NCBI RefSeq assembly: GCF_018977255.1
Contig: NW_024704743.1
Span: 96,908,001 to 96,972,000 of the forward strand
Direction of reading: 5' to 3'
From: Callorhinchus milii
Taxonomy: Eukaryota
Length of the DNA stretch: 64,000 bases
Shown here: piece by piece, positions 12,434 through 25,985 of the stretch
How the letters are laid out: every line of letters begins with the position of its first letter
Position numbering within the stretch: position 1 is the first letter of the stretch
Notes under the pieces: generated by a model
Seen by the model: the letters and a program-made list of their open reading frames with translations, nothing else
Database searches by the model: none
What the model was told of the DNA's origin: nothing
Made by a program: the position numbers and the translations under genes

Positions 12434-15400
12434 AGATAGGTATGATGGTAAGAATTCACAGTTGCGGTGTTCTGTATCAAATAACCTGCACCTATTGCCC
12501 TCTCGAGTTTCTTAAGTATTTTGCTATGAGAGGAATATCAGGAGATTAAGCAGAGAGTCTACACTTAAGATCAGCCAATTTCTTTGAGGAAAGTAGGGAA
12601 TGAAGTTGTTGAAGTTCCTATGATGGACTTGCTTCTTCTTGCTATCATTTGCCAGTATGATTGAACCCTAATCCAGGAATAGAGAACGTTCCCCACACAA
12701 ACCCTCCAGCATGTGCTTGGAGGAGGTGTTCTAATAGATACTCATTGGTTCCAATGGTACAGATATGAAGAAATGTGGTAACATTAGTGCAGTATTCCCA
12801 GGATCATTTGCTTGGACAAATGCAGGTGGGCTCCTAATACTAGTCTGAAATGACAGTGTCCAGATCTGCTTCCCAAAGATGCTGGTGGCTGTGAGGTTGA
12901 AATGAAATAGTGCAAGACACAATTTCTCTCAGTGGAAGCCAATATCCTCCAGTCTTAGTGGACACTTAGTTTCAGGTGGAAAGGAGTGTACTTGAAAACA
13001 TAACAACAACGTTTGTGTATTGCCCTTAACACAGAGCAGCATCTTGGAGTGCGCACCCACTCTGAGAAGTCACTACCTTTGGACAAGTTATCCCTAAGGC
13101 CAATTGAAGTGCCCAAGTCCTGCACTGAATTTCCCGATTCCCTTTGGGAAGTCAAACCTGGTTTCTCAGCCTAAATAGTACATCAGACAGTGACCTCACT
13201 CACAACTTGCATTTATATAACATGCTTCATGTGGGATATTAGAGAACTATACAATGACTGGATTGGATACTGTGCAGGGGGAGCTTAACTTCCTGGCAGT
13301 TAACTGTGCACAAATTGGCTTCCATGTTTGCCCATAAAATACAGTGTTGCTCCACTTTACTGTACATCTTGTATGCTTTGAGACATCGTCATGACTTTAA
13401 AGGCACTGTATCAAATGGAAGGATTATAATGATGATAATAATAATAATCCTTACATTGATATATTATTGTGGATGGTGGAACTAAGAAAATAATTGAGGG
13501 ATGCATTTGAAATGTCTAGGTGGGTTGTAACAAAGGTGTGAAAAAGGGTATCAGCAGCATTTAGTGAGAGAAAGGAGCAGAGTTGGCAATGTAATGGAGG
13601 TGAAGAAAAGCTGTGTTGGTCAGGGACTGAATGAGAGCTGAGGATCAGATCAGACACCAAGGTTGCACACTAGCTTGGAGAAAGACTGGGCTGGGGATAT
13701 TGAGGAGAAGTTGGCAGGAGCCAAGGAGGATAAATTAACCTTGTTCAAATTGAGCTGCAATAATTTATGGCTCTTCCAGGTCTTGATATCTTACAGGTAA
13801 GTGAACAGAATATGAGGGGACCTGGAATCGAGAAGTGACAAAGTAGTCAGATACACGATAGAGGGATTTGAGAATGACCCAGTTTCCATCTGGCAAGGTC
13901 ATATACATGGGCACATTTGAAAATGTATAGGAGAGCATGTCCTCTGGAAAGAGAGAATCGGGGGGGAGACAGATGGCTTTGGTGATCACTGCTGTTGTGG
14001 ATCGGAGTATAGGAGGATGACCAACCTTCTAGGTGATTTTTGAAACTAATTCTCTTCATTACACCTTGTGGAAACCCTTATTCTACTGTAAACGCCTTTT
14101 TGCTTGTATCGAGAGTAGGACCAGAAAGGGCACATTGAGAATGCTGCACATTTTTTTTGAAAAATAATATTCTCTGGAGTAATTATAATGGATTAACATT
14201 TGTTAAAATCTAGGTTAAAATTACGACTAGTCAATAGTCACAAAACGTGTTTCCTATATTAGATTAATTTGTTCTGCCAAATTACAAGTAGAATCTTATG
14301 TAATTTGTCACAAAAGCTTATGTAAGTGGTACAGAAGAAATGTTTCAATATGACTGACCCTCGTCAATAGTCTTTAAATTCTAATTTGCACAATTACACA
14401 TCTTATTACCACTTGTGCCAACATAACATCAGTTGTTCTAAACACATTTACTTGGTTTGATTTTACTCAGGATTGCTGCTGATGTTTTTGTTTGTACGCA
14501 GTTCGCAATATGACTCTCGCTCTGAACATTCTTTGCATGTTGACCTATATACCTTGTTGACCATGGTCTTGTTTTTGCTGCTAAGAATAATCTTGAGTTT
14601 TTCCCCGACTCTCTGAAGGAAATGTTTGAAAATCCTTAAATATTTTGCCAGTTTCTCAGCCATGCCCAATTAAAGCCTTTTTTTCTGGGAATAGAAAAAA
14701 TCCTTAAGAAGTGATAGTTTGTGGTTCTAGAATAATTGTGGGAAAGTTGTGCCGACATGACTGTCAATGAATTCCTTGTCAATGTTGATCAATGGGTGCA
14801 GAAAATAGCTTACAGATGTGTGGGTGACCTAATATTGATGAAACATCAGGGAGCCATTTTCCAAAGTATTTCAGTGCTTTTTGAAGCACAGGGGACTTTT
14901 ATTTTTCCTCTCCTGGTGGTATTAACATTGTTTTGTGATAAATTTCCTCCTTCTGGTCGTTGACTGCTCCTTGCAAATGACCTCATTTATCTGGAAGGGT
15001 CAGAAGGTGCTTTGTCAGGCAGCCCCAGTGCCGAGTCCGAAGAGAGGCCCAGTTGCAGGAAGGACAAATGGATTCCCCCCCAGTTGTCCCTTGTGACTGA
15101 ATGCTGCGCTGTTGAGGCTATCTTGTGATGACAGCACTTTGTGAATTGATTAGTCTGCTCTTCAACTCCCAACAATGGTTTGGGAAGAGTTGATGAGTGA
15201 ACCAAGGTATGTTTTGTAAAACTTTTTTTTAAAAAAAAGTCAGCTCAGTTAAAACGTGTAGCACTAAGCAGTTATGGGATGCATTGCGGTCTGAGATGTG
15301 TTTTTTTAGATTCCACTTTTAAGGAAGAGAAACGTCAAATATTTTCCCCTTTCCTAGACATACCTCACACAATCAGAACATGAGAACTTGCACATATCAT

Positions 15401-18400
15401 AACTTTTGGTTACCAATCCCGGATTTAGTTCTGGACTTGGGTCAGGTCTTTCCCCTTCAATGGACACTTCACCGTCCACTAAAAGAAAAGACTCGATTGA
15501 GATAGTGATGCAAAACATTTATTGGAACCAATTTTGCTCACTATGGTAAACCATTTAATAGTTTGCTTCATCACCTTCACTTTCAAGATATGGAATTTCA
15601 CCTAGAAACTGTGCACTTTTTTTTATAGGAATGTGGAAAATTTCTTTTGTAGCTGCTTTAGTTGTTGTAATTATTCTTTTTAAAGGTATTTCTGTTCCTG
15701 ATCTTCATTTTGTTGTAAATACTGTGGTTTGATAGGATCTCGCCTGCTCACATTTCACATTTAAGGATGTCTGGCACCTCCCATTTGAGCTATGAAAGAT
15801 TTAAACTTGGATAACTTTGAATTTCTTGCCTGTCACCAATGACAAAGCTACATTTAATTTGCATTCTTGGCACAATGTTAAAAGCTCCTGGGTAAAGCAG
15901 ACTTTGGTGATATACCTTTGGCATTGTTTGTGAGTGTTCTGTAACAGTGCATAACTCTGGGATATGTAGCACTTGTGGAGAAATATCTCCATATGTTTAT
16001 GTATTTAAAGACTGTGTGCCAATAGAATGGGGATTAATGTGTGTCCATTAGGTAATAATAATCCTTGCATTTGATAGGTAGGGACTATTTTATGCTATGT
16101 TAGTACATCTGTTAGTAGCTTTGTAAAGTTTGGTAAAATTTTATGGCACTCAAGTTATATGCAATAATTCACTAAACGTTTGTGTGTGTGTTTTAGTAAG
16201 AGGGATATTATAAAGTACCTTATTAATTATGGATTTGTCTTAATTAGCATTGTAAAATGACTAACCTGAAAGGCGAACAGTGCTGGAATGAAATTGGAGA
16301 TCATTGTATCAAGTTGCATTTCAAGCAGTTCGAAATTGGGTTGTAGCCAGCTTTTAACTTTGCAAATAAAACTAATAAGCGTAATAAAGAAATAAATATT
16401 TAGCTGCTCCTAAGATGAGTGTGATTAGTTAAAATCAATGCACCACTTTCGTGGCACTTTTAACGCTGGCTGACTTCTGCAAAGCAAAATAAATTACTGG
16501 AGGGTGTGTATTGTAAAATGTGTTTATATACTTTAATACAGTTTTACCTACATTTCATCCAGTTCTTGGCACTCCCTTCTCATGCCTAAACCCTCCTCTC
16601 AGCTAACGTGGGTTATCTGCACATCCCCACCCACTCTTTGTCTCCATCAGTGGCTGAGCCTTCAGTTCCTACGCTCCTAACCTCTGGAACTCCCCACCAA
16701 GCGTTCTCACCACTCTCTCTGTTTTTAAATCCTGCGTCAAACCCTACCTCTCTGAATTTGCGTAAGGCTGCCTCCTTTCTTCCCCACCTCTTGTTCGATG
16801 TCCGTGTAAAGTGCTCATATGTTGCCCTACATGAAGGGCGCTAATTAAATTCCAGTTGTTGTAATTTCCTTTGTCTTGTGTGTTGTTCTGGGTTATGTTT
16901 GTTACGCATTCCCTTGTTTAAATTTGGCCATTTGTAGTTGTGCCTGTAATTTTTTTCTGAGCTTTTTCTGGCTTTTTTGCCTCACCCTTTCTCATCTCAT
17001 CGTTTCTAAGTGGCGGTGTATCGTGTAGCAAAGTGAATTTTTCATAAGATTTTAATGTAGTGTATAGTTTTCATCATGTTGTGTAAGGTTCATTCCCTCT
17101 TAGTAGAAAATTGGACAAGGGATTAAGAAATGTAAGAGAATATTAATTCAAAGAGGACTGATAGAAGACATTGCAGAGTGGTTTTAGAAAAATCTTGACT
17201 TGATAATATAGTATTGCACTCATTTATTTTGCTTTTGTGTAATTGTGTAATTCTGAAGGAGAAACTAGTAAAAAAAATCCTTATTTAAAAATTAATGGCG
17301 TTCTGGTTATAACACTAAGACTGAGCTCAAAGTCAGTGGACGCTCCAGCGCAGTGTCGGAGGAGCTCTGCATTATAATAATAATCGAGCATTGGATATAG
17401 CACTTTTCCTGTTGGGAGGACATCACAGGATTCACTGTGGAGTATGGTGACTGTATTTGTAGGTGAATATGCCAGTCGATTTGTGCACAGCGTTGTTCCA
17501 TAACAGTCATGAAGTGAGGGAATGACAACAACAACAACAAGATTCCATTTATTGAGCGCCTTTCACGTCGGGAGGACGTCCCAAGGTGCTGACAACACTG
17601 TAGCACTTCACCAGCACTGTATTAGTGTGTGATCCCAGACTGAGTTCAAAGTCCCAACGCGACACTTGAACCCACAACCTTCTGACCACGCTATCAGCTA
17701 AACTAGGATGACACCTAAATTGTCACATTGTCACAAATATTCTGTTTCGAATGTGATGTTGAACTGAGGTTTTATCTGCCGGTTCGGGTGGATATTCAAA
17801 ATACCATGGCAGTATTCGAAAAGAGAAGGGAGTTACCCCTGTCTCCTGGCCAACAACTCTCCTGATAAATCGGTCATTCACTTCATAGCTGTTTGTCGGA
17901 CATTGCTGTGTGCAAATTGGTTGCTGCCTTTGCCTATAAATGTTCAGTCGCTACACTTCATGGTAAACATCCTGTGAAGTTCTGTTGTTAAGTTTTAATG
18001 ACGCGATGAAGTACTATATTGAAAGCAAGGATTGTTGTATTAAAATCTCCACCCCCGCTCTGGTTGCTGAGGTCTTCATTTTTCTTTTAAGCAGAAAAGC
18101 CACTCGAGTGCACATTGGCTTACTGAAGGTGGCAAACTTCCCAGAGTCGGAACAGTTTCCACTGATTTGTAGGATTGGTTTGTTTTTGTATCCAAGTCCA
18201 CTCCATGTATTGCAGGGTTTCTGGTGCTGTGACTTCTTGCATTAAAGTTGATATTAGAACTGCTCTATCTATGATTTTTTTATATATACTGGAATTAGCC
18301 AAACAGTCTCATTCAGCTTTATTCCTATCCAATGGTTGGATTCGATTGCTTAATTCTCTCTTCCCTTTTCTCTCCTAACTTTTCAACATTACAACCCATT

Positions 18401-19659
18401 GAAATGAATAGAGCTTCGATATTTAATTTACGTGAGACACCGGTTGCCAGGTTAAACAATTTGTGTAGGGCCATTAATATAAGATAATCGTTGGCCAATC
18501 TTAAAGAGTTTGCAGGAACTTATTTACACAGAGGGTGGTGAGATGTAGAGCTCACTGTGGTTGAAACAGAAAGCATCAATGCATTTAAGGAGAAACGATG
18601 CATACATGAGGGAGAAGGGTATTAAAAGGGTCAGAGACAATGTGGATCTAACCACCATTGCGGACTAGTGGGGCCAAATGGCCTGCCTCATTGCTGTTGC
18701 CGTCTGTGTAATTCTATGCAACTTTATTAAAAAAAGAGGGCTGCTGGAAATGAGATTTGTGGTCAGTTAACATTTATTTCCACAAGCAATTTCTTTGAAG
18801 ATCTAATTTTAGCCGTCAGTAGTTCAGATCAGTCTCCCTGCCCTTCTTCACCATACCACAATCATTTGTTAACCCACTTAACTGTATAATTGCTTTGTAG
18901 CTATGCAGACCAGATTTTAAAGCTTCAATAGACTTTTTATATGTCGAAAGCAGGTCCCTAAACTTTGCGATCAACTACTACTGTAAAATTTCATTTGGTG
19001 TGATTTAGAAACCTGTCAGGCGGATGAGCACAGTGTGCGCTATGTTCACCTATGGCTTAAAGCAGATTGATTGGATCAGTTTGCAATTTAATTTCAAATA
19101 AATGCAAGGTAGGCTTCATGGCTTTTTGTTCGGGGGTAAGGGAGGGGGGGAAGGTCGCATCTGCCTATTTGTAAAATCCTCCTCCCCCAAACATAAATGT
19201 CTTGCAGCAATTGAGGTAGAGCCAGTGGGAATATAACAGTCACACTACTGGTTAGGTAAGGTAGATGCCTTACAGTTTCACCTTCCTACTTTGTATGGCA
19301 ACCTGAGTGATAAATGAGGCAGTTCACTTTAGAGCTGCCTCACTTAAATCACGCTCTTTCACCCCACCTCTGGAAAAAGTACTGGCTGGCATTCAGCACC
19401 AACTTTCTCTGAGCTATAAATCAGATCTAAAATGTAACATGCAGGTGCCATTATTGGCAATTACTTTGTCAATGTTTTGAGTTTGAGCCATTTAAGATGA
19501 TTAATTCAGTTATCAGCATCCTATTTGCACAGTGCTTTGATAAAGAAGCCGGTATAGTGTGCAGTAGATTCTGGTCCTGTCTTCTGTTCTACAATACAAC
19601 CATATAAATCTGTTAAAAGTTGAATTTTACTTTTGAATTGTGTTTATTTAGCAACTTGT

Positions 19660-20220
19660 ATTTTTATTGTGTCATTCACATGAAGTGTAACTGAGCGCTT
19701 TATAGACATGGCACAGACCCTGAGGAGGCAGGTAGGCACAGTTGAAGGCAGTGGTTAGGTAGCTTTTAAAGACTGGGTGAGAGGAAGTTTTTTCCAGAGG
19801 GTAGGACCACTGACCAAAGGCACGGCAGCCGGTGTTGTGTGGGCCGTACAGCCGGCCTGAGCTTCCCAATTAAGAGTCGAACAGAAGAGTGCGAAGCTGA
19901 GACAATCACAGAGGTTATGGAGGTGTAAAGGGACTTTTAGGTGAGAATCTTGAAGTTGATCCGCTGGGAGACATGGAGCTTGGCAAGGACGGTGGTGTTG
20001 ATGGGGATGGGCGGTTTTGTGTGAATAAATGCGGGCAGCAGAGTTTTGGATGAGTTAGAACTTGTGGATGGTGGAGACAGGAAAGGAAAGAATTTGAAGA
20101 ATGAAATCTGGAAGTGATGAAGATGTGAATAATGGTTTCAGCAGCGTTGAGGTGAAGAGGCAGAAATGTGGTCTTGGGCAGGGACTGGATGTGGGGGCGG
20201 AAAGAGCTGAAGGTCGATCC
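19660..20220 (-). mobile_element. Old L2 fragment; further degenerate L2 pieces near 13480-13790, 16560-16862, 24860-25030, 27050-27605, 41460-41590, 43070-43320, 52695-52942
   Basis: Recognisable L2 3' motifs (atcaacttcaagattctc, gccttcag, ggaactccct, ttgttg tail); boundaries approximate. Confidence 0.65.
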
Positions 20221-21773
20221 GAGAACTACTTATAAAATAAACTCTGAAAGAAAAAAGCTCCCTATTTATATAATGTTGAAATGATCAAAAATAAAACTGT
20301 CTTTTCCTCGTGTAAGTTTTCCGTAGAGGTTAGTGAAACTTCTCGTTTGAAACACTGAAACCTACTCGAGCAGCTGCTGGATTGCTTTGTATTGACTGTT
20401 GTACATTGTTTATTTTTTAAAATCTATCAAGCTTACCAGGTTTTAGCTTTTTTTAATATTAATAGCAAAGCAGTAACTCTTTTTGTGTAAGAATGCAAAT
20501 TGCTTCCTGCAAGCAGTTTCTTTTAAGGTTGATGATGGATTATTCTATGCCAGATCAAAAACATTTTAGACTCTGTATTTGCAATAAATCTTCCTTTGAG
20601 GACATTGATGCAATTTATAATAGATGGAAGCTTATGGAACTCATATCAGGATGACATTTTTATGCTCAACTTAAAATGGACCACAAATATTGTTTTTTTT
20701 AGCTGCAAGGCTTTTTTATCAAATAGTAATAAATAATATGCATGGTGTCATTGACATCATTCTGATTTAATTCTTTCACTGCTGAGGGTGTTGAACATGT
20801 GCATACATATGTTAGCCAGATTGAACTGGGGACTGGAAGGTTAGAGGTAAAATGTTTGGGAGTGACTCTGTTGAATAGCTAGCAGATGGGAAGGGTAAGT
20901 GGGGGTTGTTAGCAGTAGGTGTTTATTTCCTTTGAAATTAATATTCGGTGGACAAAATGCCACAGGGAATTATTTTTGTTTGACTTTGACCAACAAAGTC
21001 CTGTTTCTAGAATCCACATTGCTCAAGCTTGAGGCCATTACGTGAAATTCTTCTACACACAAGTAATTCTATAGTGTCCCCTTTTTTACTCCTTCATCCC
21101 TCCCCAATCCAACTTGCTGCTGCTCCTGAAGGAGGAATTCTGTTTTGTCACTCTAAAAGTTTATTTTTGGTCTGAGATTTGACTGCGATTTCTCAAGACA
21201 GACCTCCCAAGAGCTTGGAATTCAGTTGCCTTATTCTGAAAAATTAAGCTATTGAATCACTGAAGTCATTTGCTTTGCTTTCAGAATAGTTGGTAATTGA
21301 CGTGGCTCTCCTGATAACTAATAGATCGTGATTTGATCTTTGAGATTTGCCCACAAAATATACAGTCAATTACTTGACAGTATTTTGTGAAGCACCTTGA
21401 GACTTTGCAAAGATGTGATGAGGCGCTATATCAAATGCAAGGGTTATTATTGTACAAACATATAATTGGTGACCGAGGATAAGGAATTGCTCAAAAAGGT
21501 TTTATACTGTTCTGAAATTTTTATCAGCTGCTTTGTTCTTTTCTGTTTCTCTCTTTTATTCCCTTTCCCTCCTCATGAATTGAGACCAGTTAGAATCTCC
21601 TACTGAGAGAGCATTTGTATAATAAGCTTCAGAAACTATAGTCTGGAGGATGAAGTTGTATTCCCAGGATGCCACTCAGTAATTTGTTCAAAGTTGTACG
21701 GCACTTTTGGGAAGCCATGTGTTGAGAATGAATGGAACATTATGTCCCACGTGGAACAAGAAGGAAGCATTAT

Positions 21774-22335
21774 CATAGAATCATAGAATTATACAGCACA
21801 GAAGGAGGCCATTCAGCCCATCATGTCTGTGCCGGCTCTTTGAAAATAGCTATCCAAATCAATCCCACTCCCTCTCCCCAAACTTGTCCTCCCCAAACAA
21901 TTATCTACTTCTCTCTTTAAAAATTGTTCTCAAATTGGCTTCCACCATCCTTTCAGACAATGCATTCCAGATCCGAGCAATTCTCTGAGTGAAAAAATTT
22001 CTCCTCACCTCCCCTCTGTTTCTTTTAACAACTATTTTAAATTGGAGTCCTTGGGTTACCGACCCACCTGTCATGGAAATAGTTTCTCCTTGTTCACCCT
22101 ACCGAATCCCCTCATAATTGTGAAAACTTCTAGTCAGTCTACTCTGCTCCAAGGAGAATAATCCTAGCTTCTCTACCCTATCCTGATAACTGAAATCCCT
22201 CATTCCTGCTAGCATCCTGGTAAATCTGCTTTGCTCCCTCTCCAATACCTTGGCATCCTTCCTAAAGTATGGTGCCCGGAATTGAACAGAGTACTCTAGC
22301 TGACGCCTAACCAGTGTTTTATAAAGGTTCATCAT
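21774..22335 (-). mobile_element. CR1 LINE 3' fragment
   Basis: NLYKTLVRRQLEYSVQFRAPYFRKD..LGLFSLEQSRL; (catagaat)2 tail. Confidence 0.9.
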
Positions 22336-23898
22336 AAGGTGTACATGTAAATTTTGTCTGAAGTTTTCAGTACTATTTTCCAAACAGTATTCCCGACCTA
22401 GGTTACCAACCACCTTTCTCTTCCACCCTGTCCTAATCCTAAATCGCATGATATCAAAATAACCATAAACTGGTGGAAGCTTTGAATTGTAAAATAATGA
22501 ATCAATGGCTGGGAAGTTTTTGCTGGGAAGTTAGAGTCACACTCCAAACCCAACACAAACCTAAGCTGCATTTCCTGGCACCTATCATAGAATTATGCAG
22601 CACAGGAGGAGCCCATTTGGCCCATCGTGTCTTTGCTCGTTTAAAGAAAAAATAACTTCCAGATTAGCAACAGGCTACAGAAAAATCTGTAATTAGCTTT
22701 TATTTGGGAATAGGCAGACCCCAGAATGTTCAAAATTGTCAACTAAATTTAGGGGGGGACACACAAAATTTCTGAATTATCTTGCAAGCTTTAAAAAAAA
22801 TTGGATATATGAATGAAGAACCTTTGAACAAATGAGTCAATTTGGGAGCCATCAAATAAGTGAGTGAAATCTTGCAATACATCATTCCAGTCAATGTTTT
22901 CTGAAGTTTGGAGTTGGCAGTCTCAATGCATATCAGAATCCCAAAGTTTGTCTGCTTTTTTTCGTATACTGTGGTTTAATGTTGAAAGAAATTCATGTGG
23001 TTTTTGTGCAGATGTGATTGAATAATTGAAGGTTGTCAAGGAAAGGGGTGGAGGAGGAATAAAGTGTGTGTTACTTGGAAATACTGGTATTTTTCTCCCC
23101 TCTTATCTTATCCTCCCTGCCCCCCCTCACTCCTGGGACCTATCAGAATGACATTGTTAGTTAAAATTTGGGTCCTCTGGATCTGAGCCACTCCGCATCA
23201 ATGAGCCATTCCGGTTTTTGAGTCTGTTCCTCGTGGGTGCAAGTCTGCAGCACAAAGCTGCCATTAATTTAACAATACAGCACTGTTTGCTATTAAAATG
23301 TCAGTTTCACTCAGGCATTGGTGGTGTTGCTGAGATGTACTTTAAGGTGCAGTAAATTGGAGCAGAATCCAGGGAGCTTTACATCTGTAAGTGGCTAGGG
23401 AGCGCGTGGGGCAAGATGTTGAGATGAATCTCTAGGCTGCAGGGTCAATTACTCTCCATAAAGGAAAAGAAAGCCTATAGGGTTCTTGACTTATCCTGTG
23501 ACCTCCAATAAATGGCCACAGTAATTGTGAGCATGCTAATTATGATGCCTAACAGCTTGCAATGTAATACGGCAATGTTTGTCCAACATTGCAAAGATAA
23601 TGCCAAGTTCGCAAATTGCTGTTATTGGCTTTAGAATCAAAGGAGCAGATTGCCTTGGCTGCACTTATAAAATATTGGCTGTGTCGTTTGGGGAGCATTT
23701 TGTTTTGTATGTTGCCCATGTGGGAAGAATTTCTGTTGGGAAAACCTTCAATTCTATTCATTTTTTTAAAGAAAACTTTTTGCTAAAAGCGCTGAATGGC
23801 CAGCAGTAGAGCAAAGGAGCAAAGGCCCTCCTTCCCCCAGGAGTGTCTGGAGAAATGACCATTTCTAAATTAGTATAACTGTATAACTACAGCTTCGG

Positions 23899-24220
23899 AA
23901 TAATAATAATAATAATAATCCTTGCATTTGATATAGCGCTTTTCACGTCGGGAGGACGTCCCAAAGCGCTTCACAGAACACACTGTAAAGTGAATTGACT
24001 GTATATTTGTGGGCGAACGCGGCAGCCAATTGCGCACAGCAATGTCCCACAAACAGTCGTAGATTGAAAATGACCAATTTATTATTGTTTTTTGAAGGGA
24101 TTATTATTAGGCGTGTGGAGTAAGGAAACTTGCCCAAGGTTTCGCCCTGACCTGCCTGGAATTGAACTCAGGTCTCTCACTTGCAAAGCGAGTGCTCTAA
24201 CCACTGAGCTACAGGACTCC
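23899..24220 (-). mobile_element. Young tRNA-derived SINE, same family as 9893-10219
   Basis: Near-identical over the full length; B box GAGTTCAATTCC intact. Confidence 0.9.
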
Positions 24221-25064
24221 ACTATGGGGCAGATTGTGCCCTACTTACCTGATCGGCTGTCTGGAAGAGGATGTTAAGACCAACACTAAAACATGCTTCT
24301 GTACGTGGAGGAAATAAATGATGGCTGGAACTGGTTGCTAAAGTTGAGCCCAGACACTGGGCCCATATAATGACCTGCTTGATTCTGTAATGGAAGCCAG
24401 TGGAGTTTGCTGTACTGGGAGGATGGATCAAATGGTCCAAATGCGCTTTTCATCTGAATCATTTTATTCTCAAAATGTATTCCCAAGTATGCTTGGGTTA
24501 TTTACTAGATGCTTAATATAGTGATTCCTAAGATTTCCTGTTTTAAAATATTGTACCATGGGGGAAAAACATTTACAGTTTGATAACTTTCAATAACTTC
24601 AGTTATTAATACAGTATAGTCTGTTTATGTTCGGCTCACTGAATGAATACATCTGGCCCTTTTGGAAATATTTTTTAAAAATTACAAGAACGCAAACCCT
24701 TTCAGATCTTGTCTTTCTACCATCACACTTTCAAAGTGACAACAAAAGCAAAGTCTCTAGATGGGAAAGAGAGAGGTGGAGGAGGAGGTGGAAGGAATTC
24801 AGGATGTTGAGCACTGGTTTTGATGGATGTATGTGTTAACACCTGGTGGGATGTATGTAAGATGAGTTTCTAAGTTCCTGATGTGTATTTGGTTAAAAAG
24901 AATGTGGGCCAGCTGAGTGATGGTGGTGGGTAGTGAAGTGGGTTGGTTATAAGCAGGTCAAAGAGGTAGGGAGGTGCCAGGATATGGTTTGTATGTGAGT
25001 GTGAGGATCTTGAAATCGATCCACTTCCTGATTTGGCTAAGTTTTAAGCTTTGTACCCTCGATG

Positions 25065-25149
25065 AAGTTAAAGATTTTGTTGTTGTTCAGCAAAGTTAAA
25101 GATTTTTGTTGTTGATCAGCAAAGTTAAAGATTTTGTTCTTGATCAGCA
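25065..25149. repeat. Tandem repeat, 3 x 28-29 bp (aagttaaagattttgttgttgatcagca)
   Basis: Three adjacent near-identical units with no spacers. Confidence 0.9.
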
Positions 25150-25848
25150 TAGAAGAAGAATTTGCATTTTATTGTGTCTATGACATTAAAACATCTCAAA
25201 ACACTTCACATCTATTACTGTTGGGTGTAGAGACTTCCTTTAAAGCTATTTTGAACTTAACAAAATCTCACAAATAGCAATGGAGTGATCAATTAAACTG
25301 GAGGACATCAGGAGAAACTCCCTTGAAGTGGATTCTTTGACAGTTGGAACCTTGGTTTAATGTCATCCAAAGGAAAGCACAGCAGCTCCAAAAATACAGC
25401 AGTCTATTAGTGCTTCACTGGAGTACCAACTAGACTATGGCTGAAGATCCAAAGTTGCTGGGGCTTGAACCCATAAACTGCTGACTCTGAAGCAAGAGAG
25501 CTACTTAAGTGGGCATTTGAGGTGATAAATTAAGAGTATCATTAAAGAAGTATGTTGACTTTGAATGACCAATATGTTAAATACGTACAAGAAAATCCAA
25601 GCTCTTTCATACTGAATTATGGATCATGCTTGGTACGATTGCAGGCTCTGTACAGAAAACTGCAATACTAATGCAGTCAACTTGCCAAGCAGGATAGGCA
25701 TGTACAGAAAGGTCACTGCCTGAAAATAAATGCAATGCCCTTGGCAAAGACTAATGTCAATTGACGGGGACATGCTGCAAAATATTTCCATTTATTTCCT
25801 TTCCTGCCCTGTAGTGGCAGTCCAGTCGAAGATGTTTTGTTAGTTGAC

Positions 25849-25985
25849 TTCTGACCAAAGATTATTGACCTGAAATGTTAACTCACTTTCCTTTCTCCAT
25901 AGATGCTGCCTGACCTGCTGAGTGTTTCCAGTTACTTCTGTTTTTATTTCAGATTTCCAGTATCTGTAGTATTTTGCCTTATGTT
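25849..25985 (+). mobile_element. Short repeat resembling a Penelope-type terminal fragment common in cartilaginous fish
   Basis: gacctgaaatgttaactc..tctccatagatgctgcctgacctgctgagtgtttccag..tttcagatttccagtatctgtag; family assignment is from recollection. Confidence 0.55.

Noticed and set aside
12196..12549. ORFs rich in ER/SL repeats
   Set aside because: Translations of the (CT)n compound microsatellite.
14950..15212. GC-richer segment ending in a good donor AAG|gtatgt (15206)
   Set aside because: No clear acceptor, and no ATG-initiated frame joins exon 2 in phase; at best a non-coding or cryptic exon.
25065..25149. CRISPR-like 28-bp repeats (also the spaced units at 12218-12433)
   Set aside because: No unique spacers, no cas genes, vertebrate intron context; ordinary tandem repeats.
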